A stretch of 50,870 bases of DNA, the filler included, from Basidiobolus ranarum (taxonomy: Eukaryota), in assembly GCA_040143965.1 (NCBI GenBank). It is 2 parts of 2 records of this genome, joined end to end, with 100 filler letters (N's around TTAATTAATTAA, not from the genome) between each part and the next. Parts side by side here need not be neighbours in the genome. Positions count along the whole stretch, not along the records: positions 25,614 to 50,870 come from JASJQH010000143.1; 1 more part is not named here. One strand, given 5' to 3'. Shown here piece by piece: positions 27,729 to 40,945 of this stretch; within the stretch, counting starts at the first letter, position 1, and every line of letters starts with the position of its first letter. The position numbers were made by a program, and so were the translations under genes. Under the pieces are notes generated by a model. It had not been told where the DNA came from, ran no database searches, and saw nothing but the letters and a program-made list of their open reading frames with translations.

Positions 27729-29550
27729 ATGAAGCCTTTGAATGAATTTTCTTCTTCGGTCTTCGCTCCAATCTCAAGTCGTATTAATGGAGAACTTCTG
27801 CACTTGATTTTCACATTCCTGCTAGACTCACCAAAAGACATCTATTCTTGCTCCCTGGTTAATATCGAATGGAGTTCTTTCGCCACTCCTCTGCTATGGA
27901 AAAAGCCGGTATTTCATTCTCAGAGTAGCCTGATTTCCTTTATGAATGTAGTGGCTGTAAATCACAATGGTAAGTACATATGTCTTCACCCCTTCCCACT
28001 GTTTCCTTCTTCATCTTTTCTCACTCTTTATTTGTATAGTAGCACGATATGTCCGTGAGTTGGATCTGGAGCGATACAAAGGAAATCTCTTGTCATTACA
28101 TCTAATCGAGCGACTAATCAAGTTTTTACCGGGTCTGCATACCCTATCCATGCTCTCCTTCGATAATTACACGCATCGCAGGCCAGATACCTCCTTCCTC
28201 AACTCGCTTTTTTTCACTCTCCCAAACCTTAAACGGTTAACATTCACCGCCACCACATGCGACCCAAACCTATTCAACGATATAGCATACGTTATAGAGA
28301 AATGTCCACACCTTGAGGAGATGAAATTGCTGATGAATTACAATCCCACCACTCATGTTTGTCAAAAGCCTAGCTTCGACAAAGAATCACTTGAAATATT
28401 TGAACAGATTGAATCGCTCAAACGATTGAGATCTCTGGAGATTGCTGGACCTTTTGTAGATTTGTTTCTTTGGAAGATAATACTCCCTCGGACACCGAAT
28501 CTAACGAAACTCTCAATCGCAGGGGGAGCGTTCACGTCACACTACATCCGAAGAATTCACCACTATTGTCCTCACATACGCTCATTGAATCTTGTTCGCT
28601 TTGATGATCCATTGAAGATATTTGATCAAGTATGTATCGACCTGGCCAATCACTTTCCTGGTCGTTTAACGGAGCTTTGTATCTCTCTATCCAGTATGCG
28701 TGAGATATCCCCTGTACTGTGGAAATGCCTCAACCAATCGGTGACTTCGATCAGTCTTTACAATACCAGAATCATCAACGCTCAGATCAAAACTCTGGCT
28801 GAACATATAGGAGAGAACTTGCATACTTTACGACTTCAGAATGTCACCCATAATCAAAGACCTGGAATTAGAGCCTGGACCACTCTTCTATCGAAATGCG
28901 GAACTGGACTTTCAGTATTGGACGTATCTATGAATCATCTAATGAACGATCGGATTGGTCATTTAATATCCCATTTCTGTCGCTCTTTACGTAGTCTTTC
29001 TTTAGCCAAAACAAAAATCACTGAAGACTCGCTAGAGTCCATGATTTACTCCAATAGAAATCAATTGAAGCATCTGAACGTAAACGGAATTCATTTGAAT
29101 GCACAAATTATCTGTGCTATTGGAACTCATGGCAAGAAACTACGCAACCTTCACCTCCAGATGATCGCTGCTCAGACTGATAACACGAGCTTACGCCGCT
29201 TATTTAGAGCGATTGGTAAACAGTTGGAATTCTTAGATATAAGAGGGAGAGCAGTGAATGGCAAACTGTGTAAAGCGATCACCGAATGGTGTCCAAATTT
29301 ACGAGCCATTAGCTTTTGTAATCAAACACAACTTCAGGATGAGGATGTTCTAAGTCTATTGTTGCTAAGATCCAATGTACAGGTGCTCAACCTTCATTGC
29401 CCGAATTGCTTCTTCGTTAAAGGGGGTCTCACTACTGATCTGATCAACCGAATACGTGAACATGGAATATTTGGAGATACCTGGTGGTACCAAGAATTCG
29501 ATCGTGACTGTATATCTCCATATCACAAGCTTGCGGGAATGTTGGATTAG
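27729..29550 (+). CDS. F-box / RNI-like leucine-rich-repeat protein, 2 exons
   Basis: F-box INGELLHLIFTFL…IYSCSLVNIEWSSFATPLLW; intron 27970-28039; repeated LRR units (LPNLKRLTF, CPHLEEMKL, CPHIRSLNL, CRSLRSLSL, CPNLRAISF). Confidence 0.9.
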
Positions 29551-29908
29551 AATATGGATGTTTATTTATTAGATTAGTGTAATTCATATCGTACAATTTT
29601 GTCATAGATAAGTGGATTTTACTGCATTTCTTCTGCATTTCTTCATTTCCCTTCAGTGCCTTCTATTGCTCCACATCAAGTCGCTATGTATCATAAACCT
29701 GTTTTATAATAGAGATAGACTGCCCAAATTATAATAGAGAATGAGTAATTTTCAAGCATCACTGATTTTTATTCACATACATTAGTGGTATTTGTTAATG
29801 ATTGAGAGTAACCATGTTCAACATGCATCACTCATGATTGAGTAGTATGAAATTGTAGTAAGGAACCTCTATAGAAAGTGTTGGATGGATAAATATGATG
29901 CACGACCT

Positions 29909-30687
29909 TTAAATTCGACCGGATTCCACTTCGTGTAACTCGATGGCATCGTTCTCTTCGTCTGGTATTAAGACAGCCCTGGTACTCCATTCATCCATCT
30001 CTTTCGTTGGTTCCCCAAGGATGCTATGATTTTTGGCCACTAGTTTGGATTTCTCCGGATCTAATATCAGTAAACTAACTTCACCACCTGGGAGTACGCA
30101 AACGTTACATTTAGGTGATTCTTTTCTTATATCAGCGAAGAATAATTCTCCTTCTGATGGCATATCAAAATTAACTCTTACTAAATGGGAGAGTAAACAA
30201 AATGCGATGAACCATATAACCATAACGAAAGAAACGATAGTTCTAAAATTTAGAAAGATTAGAAAAGAAGTTGGATTTCGTATGATTGGTATAACATCTT
30301 GTGTTATGACAAAATAAAGAAATAAAACAAGAACCACCAGACAACTAATAAGTATGGCAGCTTTTAGCATTATAAGGGAGTCATTACTGGTTTCTAGAAT
30401 GGATATAATCATGATTTAGTAATTTTCTTTCATCAAAATCCTTGACTTTCTTTACCAAAATGGACCCTAACCACACTGATATCGCCATCCGCTTGCATCA
30501 AACAAAAGGTAGGACTCTTTTTAGCAGTATTTGGACTATCGATAGTAGGGGAAATTCTAGTTTCGTTGGTACATGAGTTTCCCTCCATATCCGAACAAAG
30601 TAAACCTTGCATTTCCGGCGTGAAGTGCTCATCTTTGTTAAGAATAGAACTGAGACTTTGCTGGTCAGAAGGGAGGAATTCCGGCAT
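29909..30687 (-). CDS. Hypothetical two-TM membrane protein (probably 2 exons)
   Basis: ORFs 30433-30744 and 29909-30412 join in frame through a G|GTAAAG…TTCTAG intron (~30394-30456); two hydrophobic helices; no family recognised. Confidence 0.55.
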
Positions 30688-31228
30688 ATTATCTATCTCG
30701 GTTTCCGTTATACTGAAAGGAGAGCAATTTGAACGGGTAGTCACTCAAATATCAATATCTACAAAGCTCTCAGGTAATAAAAAAACCACTTGGCTTTGTC
30801 AGAAGAAATAAAGGAGATCTAACTAGAAAAAGGAAAGAGAGTCACAATCGCCGGAATATCAATGAATACAGTTAGTGAAAATCAGGAGGAACTTGATTTG
30901 CTTCAAGCTAGTTTCTAACATCCAATAATACCAGCCAATGGCAGTCACAATGATGTGCATACATACATTATATTCCCCTAATCCTGTAACTGTACGGCAC
31001 AATCAACTGTAGGACTATTTGTTTCTGTAAGAGGGTAATAAGCGGTAACAATCGAAGAACCGACCAACGTACACGTTATTCTCAAACGATAGGAGAGATC
31101 GTCATATCTGTTTCAATTACCATAAATAAAGCAAGGTAAGAATCTAAGGTAGTATCAAGTCAGTAACTTTATTAAGGGAATGTAGAAAGAGTAGTGGATA
31201 TTTAACAGAAATTGCGCAGTCTAATATA

Positions 31229-32296
31229 CTATACGGCAAAATGCGGACGAGTAATTTGCAATTGACAAAGCAGTGCTATTGTTTCCCCAAAATAAGTATT
31301 GTCATCTAGCTCTTCCATCTCCTCCTGAACTTTGTGAAGCTTAGGATGATTAATAAGCCATAAAGAAAGAGCAGCAGGGGCCAAAAAGGCAAGATCCGTG
31401 TAATCAACTAGTTCTTTACCGTTCAGTTTGTAGCCAGCCTTGATTTCCGATTGGTGGGAAAAGAAGTTTGCTTGGGCTTGAAGTATGGGATATACTCGGT
31501 TATCTTTAGATTCGAGGTAATAAATCACCAGACGCCAAGGAACTCTACAACTATTCCAACTGTAGTCTTTATCGTGCTTGCTCTCCAATACTTCCCCCTT
31601 CACCGGTACGTAGAAATGGCCATCGTATTCAAGAAAGTCTGCAATCAAGCCGGTTTGAGGGTGGAGAGATAATTGATGCTCAATAGTTCGAATAGTGGCT
31701 TCCAAAACTCTAATCCATCCGTCTCTCCTTTCTGAAACATCTTCCCTTGAGAATAAGAGTAAATGTGTCAGAAGAAAATCCGAGGGACGAGTGATCTTGT
31801 CGAATTTGGTGCCTTTCTCTACCCAATCTCCTAAGCGAAACATACATGTATTCCAGTTAACACAATGCTCATAAATAGCCCTGCAAAGAGATATGGCTCT
31901 TTCCTTGTAGGATGGATTGCCCCAGGTTTTTGCTGCGATGAACAAGGCGGCCGCGATGTCTAGATCACCATCAGTGGCACAGTTCTCACCACCATCAGGA
32001 GAGTTAGAGATTTTCCCAGAGTGGGGGTCTATCACCTGCTGCCAGGCCATGAGACCTTTCTTATTTCTAAAACTGTCAAAATAATGAACCAAGCAATCGA
32101 AGTCCTGTTGATTTCCTTTCAACACGGCTATCAGCATACCGTAACCGTGCGCTTCGCTACAGGTTATAGGCTTAAGTTTTCCAATTTTCTCGATTTCATC
32201 TTTATCGTTGTAGTAGATATAATAACTATCTCCATTGGCCGAACGAAGGTATCTATTTCTCCAGGCGACATATTTCTGTTCAATGAATTGATTCAT
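31229..32296 (-). CDS. Glycoside hydrolase family 8 (GH8b-like chitosanase/licheninase/endoglucanase), intronless
   Basis: TCSEAHGYGMLIAV (catalytic acid Glu), ATDGDLDIAAAL, LGDW, TRPSDF, TGLIADF, LES…YSWNSCRVPWR. Confidence 0.92.
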   Translation of the reverse strand: MNQFIEQKYVAWRNRYLRSANGDSYYIYYNDKDEIEKIGKLKPITCSEAHGYGMLIAVLKGNQQDFDCLVHYFDSFRNKKGLMAWQQVIDPHSGKISNSPDGGENCATDGDLDIAAALFIAAKTWGNPSYKERAISLCRAIYEHCVNWNTCMFRLGDWVEKGTKFDKITRPSDFLLTHLLLFSREDVSERRDGWIRVLEATIRTIEHQLSLHPQTGLIADFLEYDGHFYVPVKGEVLESKHDKDYSWNSCRVPWRLVIYYLESKDNRVYPILQAQANFFSHQSEIKAGYKLNGKELVDYTDLAFLAPAALSLWLINHPKLHKVQEEMEELDDNTYFGETIALLCQLQITRPHFAV

Positions 32297-32827
32297 GTTA
32301 GATTGCGTGGATTGGAGTACTTGTCCAACTTATATACTCATTTGCTATCCGTAAATTCTTCCAATCCGAACCAATCTAGCTTTGATACTCGTAACCAAGA
32401 TCTCTGAATGGACTAAGAATTGCGTGAAGTATCTATTGAACGGCGCCTCTTTAGCCACTAAATAGGCTCTCTAGTCAGACATTACTTTATTTGGCGTATT
32501 AGGAGCATTCTTTTCGAATCATTACATAATATATTCTATAGATCAATCATTTAGCCAACGGTAAAAATACTGATCGCCAAGAGCTTTCATCCACTCTGCC
32601 TGTATGCCAAATAATACATAATTAGTATCTTTATATGCATCCCCAAAGATCTTAGTATGCATCCTAGGCTTATATTTGGATTGGATTTCTAGGATTATGA
32701 ATGTGTTGAATAAACCAGATGGAATCAATTCAATCTGTCTTTCTGAATAGATAATCAACTAAAATATTAGGTTGGAATGAAATAAGAGTATAGCCGAGAA
32801 ATGAGGAGGAGAATTTTTCGACCAACC

Positions 32828-33421
32828 ATGCTTCCAATCCTTTCTAACCGTTTGAAGGCTTTGGCACTTAACTCTCAACGACAGAATTACACTACAGCCG
32901 TCCTAAATGGTCCGGTTTATCTCAGTATGGAGAAAAAGGTGAATTTCATATACAAGTATCCTTTTATATTGTGAAGATACTTAAGTTTTTCTTTTACTCA
33001 GTTGTTAGAAAGTTTAAAACCTGAAAAACTTGATATCATCAACGAATCTCACTTACATGCCCACCACGAACCCATGCAAGGTGTAACCAACAAAGAGACT
33101 CACTTTAGGTAGGGTTTTTTTCGTAATTTATGAGGAGTTATGGTTGAATATGTACTTATATCCTTTTCCTTTAGAGTCAAAGTAGTCTCGGAACAGTTTG
33201 AGGGCAAGGTAATTTTCTCAGAGTACTTTCACGTTGACTTTTAATTCCTTATTATAATAGTCGTGCCACTATTTCTCAAGTCTAAACAAATTGTCTTTGC
33301 TCACTAGAGTCTTATGCAACGTCATCGTATGATTTATAGCCTACTAAATGAGGAGTTCGCTCAAGGTCTGCACGCACTCGCTCTTAGAACCAAAACACCT
33401 CAAGAAGTACAAGCCAAATAA
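32828..33421 (+). CDS. BolA family protein, probably mitochondrial (Bol1-like), 4 exons; absent from the ORF track
   Basis: [23 protein letters not shown] (presequence-like)…[32 protein letters not shown]…[49 protein letters not shown]. Confidence 0.93.
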
Positions 33422-33741
33422 CTTGTGTATAGTGCATTGATATCCTTTCAACCATCAAAATAAAAGGAATTTTTGGGAGTTGATTTGAATTTGCACGCTA
33501 TTCATTGTGTAGATACTAGATATTTATCTTACAAAAGAATTCATAATATGAACTACCCAGATGTATATTTCGTACAAATAGAAATACTAGTGATAATCTA
33601 TTAAAATCCATGGTGAATGCCTAAAAACTATGAAATGATGCGAATTTGGAAACTAACGTCATTAATGCTGGTGCTTTAGAGGGGAATGTTAGAAGTCAAA
33701 GGTTAATGTTGTTCTATATTATAAAGAGGAAAATGCATGTC

Positions 33742-35158
33742 TTATGAGCAATATTGTATTTGAAGACCAATCGAACGAAGTGGGGATTGAGAGCGAACAT
33801 CTGCAGTTACTCCAAAGGTGAAGTGAACTTTACGATATTGACCATCAAACATCAAAGCGAATCCCTAGAACGACAATATATGAGAACCTTGATATTTGTG
33901 TCAGTTAAATATTAGCATACTTACATCCTTTAATCCAAATTTCGTTTTCATCACTCCTTCTCCTTTAACACGCCATTCAGCACCAACAGCAAGGTCGCTT
34001 TCATAGCTATAAACGTTGAAATCATATCTGCTGCAAAAAGTCAGGTCTTCAGAAACTGCCTGAGTGTAACCGGCTGAGAGATGTCCCATCATTGGATTAC
34101 AGATAATGGTAGCTATGAATGGATGATCATCGAAGGTTCGGAATCTGATGCCGGTAGATACTAAAAGATATGTTAGATGATGCACCTTCAATCAAAATCC
34201 TAAACAACTATACATACATCCTCCACTCTTCTCTTTAGCAATATAATAGAGTTCGCCGCCTAGAGAGAGACGACTAGTTCTCTTGATCTTTTCTTCACCA
34301 GGCACTTGGGGTGCCTCGATCAATTTCCCAATATTCCAAAGGGTTCGCAAACCAAAAATAGACTTGTACGTGGTATAAGAGAGCTCGTTGCATCGACGAC
34401 CGTTATCATATTGATACTGTGCAGTAAGCTTTATCAAGACAGTATATATTAGACAACAAGTGAAGAATAGAGTAAATCAGACGTATAAAAATTACATGAG
34501 ATGCGCCAGGTTGGTTGGGAGAGCTTACTCCGGTTAAAACAAACTGATCGTTCTCGGAAATTCGTTTTGAATAAATTCCCTCCAATCTACCACTTGGCAA
34601 GTATAACTGACCATATAATAAATAGTCCTTAAGGGCTAAAATAGACAACCATTAGTATTTAAAAAACAAAAAAATGTCTACGATTTTCACTTTAAGTTGC
34701 ATACCAGGAGTAATCGTTTCACTTTGTACTTGTTCAGCAGGTATCTTGCGGGTAGTACCTCTACTAAACACGAATATTCTTTCAGCCAATTCACTAAATT
34801 CAGCGGCATCGGTTGCATTTATACGTAAAGGTCTAGAGGTAAATAAATACCCAACAGAACCTTGTAAAGCAGGTATGGCTTGGAGAGAATAAGAGCTCTT
34901 AAATAACGAAGTAGGGATCTTGGAAAACTGAAAACTGAAGCCGTAAGGAATTGAGAAGTTTAAGAGACCTTAGAAATCCAGTTAGTATCCTGATAGTATT
35001 TTAAAATACAAGGCTTCTACTGATAATAATGCCTAGATTTAGATTAGAAAACAAAAGGTACTTCTTGTGGTAGATGAGAGATTCGTATAATGGTTATCGT
35101 CATTCCAACCAGTAGCTCTAAAGTAGGTATGCAAACAGTACTCCATAAAATCGTGCAT
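33742..35158 (-). CDS. MDM10: Mitochondrial outer-membrane beta-barrel Mdm10 (ERMES/SAM subunit), 6 exons
   Basis: MHDFMEYC…YFRATGWNDDNHY, GSVGYLFTS, YLLYGQLYLPSGRLEG, LSLGGELYY, NPMMGHLS, SRYDFNVYSYESD, IGLQIQY. Confidence 0.93.
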
Positions 35159-35691
35159 TTTTGAAGTATTTCTATTGAGTTTTGGTTTTGTTTAAAAAAA
35201 TAGTTACTACGTTGCTATATGAAGTATCGTTAAGTGTACACGCTTCATGGCAAGTGCGAAAAGAAATTTTCTCAAACACTGACATAAATTCGGAATACTG
35301 AATTCAGGAATATTAGAAAAAATAGATTTAGTTAGCTATTTGTAGTACAAATGTTTATGAAAATGAAGTTAAATATAGGCGGAGAATTGATATATATATA
35401 TACATGTAATGATCTAAATATAATTTTACCGATTCACCAATTAATCAATGCTACTTTAGATGGAGTTGAGTGTGTACTGTTTTTCGTAATCATAAAAAAT
35501 CCTTGAGATTCCGCATATCCACCGAAATTTATGAGAGCTTGGCAATAGTATCTTACATTGAATTCAATCACTCAACCAACTCATCTTCCTTTGCTGAACA
35601 TTCGTTAACAGTATTTCAAGCCACCAGAAACAGTCATCGTTTTCATCCGTGAACCTCAGCACTCTTGAAAGAGATATCCCCATCCCTAAAC

Positions 35692-37513
<1,822 letters not shown>

Positions 37514-38083
37514 GAAATAACCGCATCCACTCGGACCCAGTTCAGTTCTTTTTTTTGCTCATTAGATAGCACACTAACACCATGATTCAACTCTATTATA
37601 TCCTTTCATTTCGATTCCGTACCCAATTCAACATGTCCCTACATAAAAGATCATGAGTGAGATTTCCAAAGTTATTTGTCTAATTTCATGTTGTTTTTTG
37701 CAAATCGAGTAAAACTAATATATAGTGAAAATGCTTCTACATACATGTTGATTGAATGTTGTCATGAGTGGATAGAGAGAGTGAGAGTGGGGGGAGCAGG
37801 TATCGAAACAATATTTAACTCGTTTCTGGAATACTTTAGGAAACTGGATAACGGTTACCAAAGAAACCACTTAGGATAGTGAAAAATGCACGAGATTAAC
37901 AAGTATTATTTTGGAAATTTATTTGGTCTTAATCAGGATTTCAATATTCCCCTCCCCCCACATGATGGAATTGTAGTTAATAGAAAGTTTACATCAGAAA
38001 CAGAAGAATATTAATTGAAAGGGAGTTTATTTGTGTTTAGTCATAGAGACTATAATGAGTTTTACAAATAACCCAATATTTGT

Positions 38084-38500
38084 TTATGCAATGGGGATAT
38101 TCTTCGGAGAAGTATCTTCTTTCTTTTCAATTTTCACTTCTAGAATACCGTCTTTATAAGCGGCGTCGATTTTGGTAGTATCAACATCGTTTGGTAAAGG
38201 TATACTACGTTTAAAGTTACCAAACCTACGTTCACAAGAATAAAACCTAGCTTTACTTTGGTCTTTCTTCAAAGGAGCTTCACCTGAAAGGACCAAATTA
38301 CCCCCTTCTACGTTAAGTGAAATATTCTCTTTAGGAACACCAGGAAGTTCAGCTTGTACAATTATTTCTTTTCCATTATCGTTCATATCAATATTCGGTG
38401 ACCAGTCAATACCAAACTGTCGACCCCCTAAAAAGGCGGAGAAAAATTCCTCTACTTCTTGACCAAGTTCGCATTCCTCTCTAGAACGGTAGAAAAACAT
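38084..38500 (-). CDS. Small heat-shock protein (Hsp20/alpha-crystallin domain), intronless
   Basis: WSPNIDM, AELPGV, LVLSGE, ERRFGNFKRSIPLP, AAYKDGILEVKI, C-terminal IPI motif; ATG at 38500. Confidence 0.93.
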   Translation of the reverse strand: MFFYRSREECELGQEVEEFFSAFLGGRQFGIDWSPNIDMNDNGKEIIVQAELPGVPKENISLNVEGGNLVLSGEAPLKKDQSKARFYSCERRFGNFKRSIPLPNDVDTTKIDAAYKDGILEVKIEKKEDTSPKNIPIA

Positions 38501-38909
38501 GCTCTCTATCTCTAATAGAAAATTAATCAATAATTTCTCCACTTCATCCCACCTCTACTGGATATTATATAAATTTTTTTGACTCGTAATTTTATCACAT
38601 ACCGTGGTTGAAGAGGAGTGGATATGTTGGATATTCTTTTGACTGCGGAATATAAATAATAACTTTTAAAGGTTCGGTAATGATTTCCACGTGTCAAATT
38701 AATCCATGAAAATTCTTTGGAGATATACCTTCTCACTCATAACCCCAAAACTGGGTCACTAACATACAAATAAATGGATCCAAAGTAATATGGTTGGATA
38801 TCGCATAGTCATTTATTATTATTACTAGGTTAAGAGAGTCAATGAATCATGCTGTATATAGATATAGATGAGGACAAAAAATTTCTTGCGTGGGTGTGAG
38901 AGAAGAAAC

Positions 38910-39389
38910 TTACAGGAAGTAAGCAACGGCTCCCAAGATTACTCCAGCGCTACCAACAGTGAAGGAAGAAATAGCTGAACTTCCTGAGAAGATATTGCTA
39001 GTGGGGTTAGTTTTGGCGCTAGAACTAGTACCGGAACCAGAACCGTTGGGATTAGTGCCAGGATTTGAGGGGGCAACAGGATTGGGTGTAGTGGGAAGAG
39101 TAATATTTTGGCATAGCTTGGTTTGTTCGGCTGTTTGCATAGGATAATAGTTGTAGATTCTAGTATCCTGTTGGCAACTGAGGAAACATCTGACAGCGTC
39201 GTTAGCCTGACGGCAAAGGCATTGGCTGTCACTAGCTAAGCAATTGCTACTAATAACATTCTCACGGCACTTGGTATAAGTGGGAGCATCGCTACAAGTG
39301 TTGTTGGCTGGGAGAGGTTGGAGGAATAAATCAGCAGCAACTGATGAAAGAGCTAGAATAGTAAAACTGATGGTGGAAGAGAATTTCAT
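38910..39389 (-). CDS. Secreted, probably GPI-anchored 8-Cys (CFEM-like) surface protein
   Basis: Signal peptide, 8-Cys domain, Pro/Ser/Thr-rich stalk, hydrophobic C-terminal tail. Confidence 0.85.
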   Translation of the reverse strand: MKFSSTISFTILALSSVAADLFLQPLPANNTCSDAPTYTKCRENVISSNCLASDSQCLCRQANDAVRCFLSCQQDTRIYNYYPMQTAEQTKLCQNITLPTTPNPVAPSNPGTNPNGSGSGTSSSAKTNPTSNIFSGSSAISSFTVGSAGVILGAVAYFL

Positions 39390-39866
39390 GTTTAGAAGAG
39401 GGAGGGAAGGTCCAGCCGTGTAAAATAAGAATGTATGTTGGATGGTTAGTCTAGTACATCATTATATACTGTACCAGTAAAATATCCAAAGATAATAATT
39501 TCTAAATATGAAATCCATCGTAGCACAGATTAATGCAGTGTTCCCTTAATAAATTTTCATTCGAAGGTAAATGAGGCAGCATGGGTAGAAACTAGACCTT
39601 TTGTTTCATTAACGGCTAAAAGGGATGTTGATGTTGGGATGTATAACTATTAATAACCCAAGTAACAATGGTAATTCGATATGAATTATATATAGGTGAA
39701 ACAATCGATCTTTTCCCACATATTAAATAGCCATAATTCCAATGTTTTGAGGATATTTGTTTTGCAGATGGACATTTTGACGATATTAAGTTTCTTGTAG
39801 CAGCGCCGTCAATTTAATATTCGTTTATTATTTCAGGTATAGAATGTATATCTTACTAACTATATC

Positions 39867-40382
39867 TTAAACTAAGTAGCTGACCAGTCCAATTACTCCT
39901 AATAATCCCATACATATTTGAGCCTTACTGGCAACAGATTTACTATTTGTGGAACCTGTTCCACCAGAAGGGGAAGTTGTGGGCGAAGAGTTGGCTGGGT
40001 TGTTGGATGGGGGAGTCGAGGCAAGCTGCGAGGCAGTGGGCTTAGATGAGTCAATGGATGGCGAAGCTGATGAGGGAGATGCGGAAGCAGAGGCGGCTGC
40101 ATTACACCATTTAGTCACTTCACCTTGTTGAGTGGCGCCCAATCCAGCGATACTTGGATCCCTAGTGCAATAGTTAACACATGCAGCTAAGATCTGTGCT
40201 TGCTTACAGTTGCAAACATTATCAGTGGGTGCACAGGTTGTTACCAGACCGTTGTCGATACATTGGTTATAAGTAGCACCTGATTCACATTGATTACCAG
40301 GACCAGCTTTGATCAAGTAATTTGTGGCAGCTTGACTGCTGGCAATGAGATAAATGGCAGTGAAAATAGCAATGGTCTTCAT
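39867..40382 (-). CDS. Secreted, probably GPI-anchored 8-Cys (CFEM-like) surface protein, paralog of 38910-39389
   Basis: Same architecture and identical Cys spacing to its neighbour. Confidence 0.85.
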   Translation of the reverse strand: MKTIAIFTAIYLIASSQAATNYLIKAGPGNQCESGATYNQCIDNGLVTTCAPTDNVCNCKQAQILAACVNYCTRDPSIAGLGATQQGEVTKWCNAAASASASPSSASPSIDSSKPTASQLASTPPSNNPANSSPTTSPSGGTGSTNSKSVASKAQICMGLLGVIGLVSYLV

Positions 40383-40945
40383 AGTAAGTCTACTTTGATA
40401 TGTCTAATTGATTTGATGAAAAAATAATGAGGAATATTGGTTTCCCGTACTGATTTGGGTCGCTTAAATACCTTTGAGGGAATTTATCACATCCCCAAAT
40501 GAGTATAATGAAGTGGGATTAACTTGACAATAACTTAATTTGCATGGCTAAGTCCAGTTATAATGCTTCTTTGGATATTCCCTACATATCTTGATGCGTA
40601 GACCTGTACCTTAATTGTTCACTTTAAGGGAGTCTGAATCGAGAAAGTCACGTTCAGCCCCCCCAAAATGCCATATTTTGGAGTTGCCTGAATCCAATAA
40701 TTCACAAAATCATTATTAACCAAGTGCTTATTTTAGTGAATATATTCTAGATTCTATACTTCATACTACATCATATCACATAGTTTGATTAAATTTCAAA
40801 CCCAGGGTGGTTTCATATTAGAACAAACTACTATTGACAAAACAAGGGCTCGAAAAAAGACAATCATGTCGCATGGAATAAATGAGGTTTGGAAAGAAAT
40901 ACGCTTATTCCAACATACACAAGGGATGATACCAACCAAGTGAGT

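Noticed and set aside
32956-32965. GTATCCTTTT inside BolA intron 1 as a U12 donor
   Set aside because: The upstream GT donor gives the correct frame; this site would shift the frame and no TCCTTAAC branch point follows.
37598-37611. ATATCCTTTCATTT downstream of the MAPK stop as another U12 donor
   Set aside because: No U12 branch point or flanking coding exon is visible.
38707-38722. GAAnnTTC upstream of Hsp20 as a heat-shock element
   Set aside because: Only two good nGAAn units; too common by chance to call.
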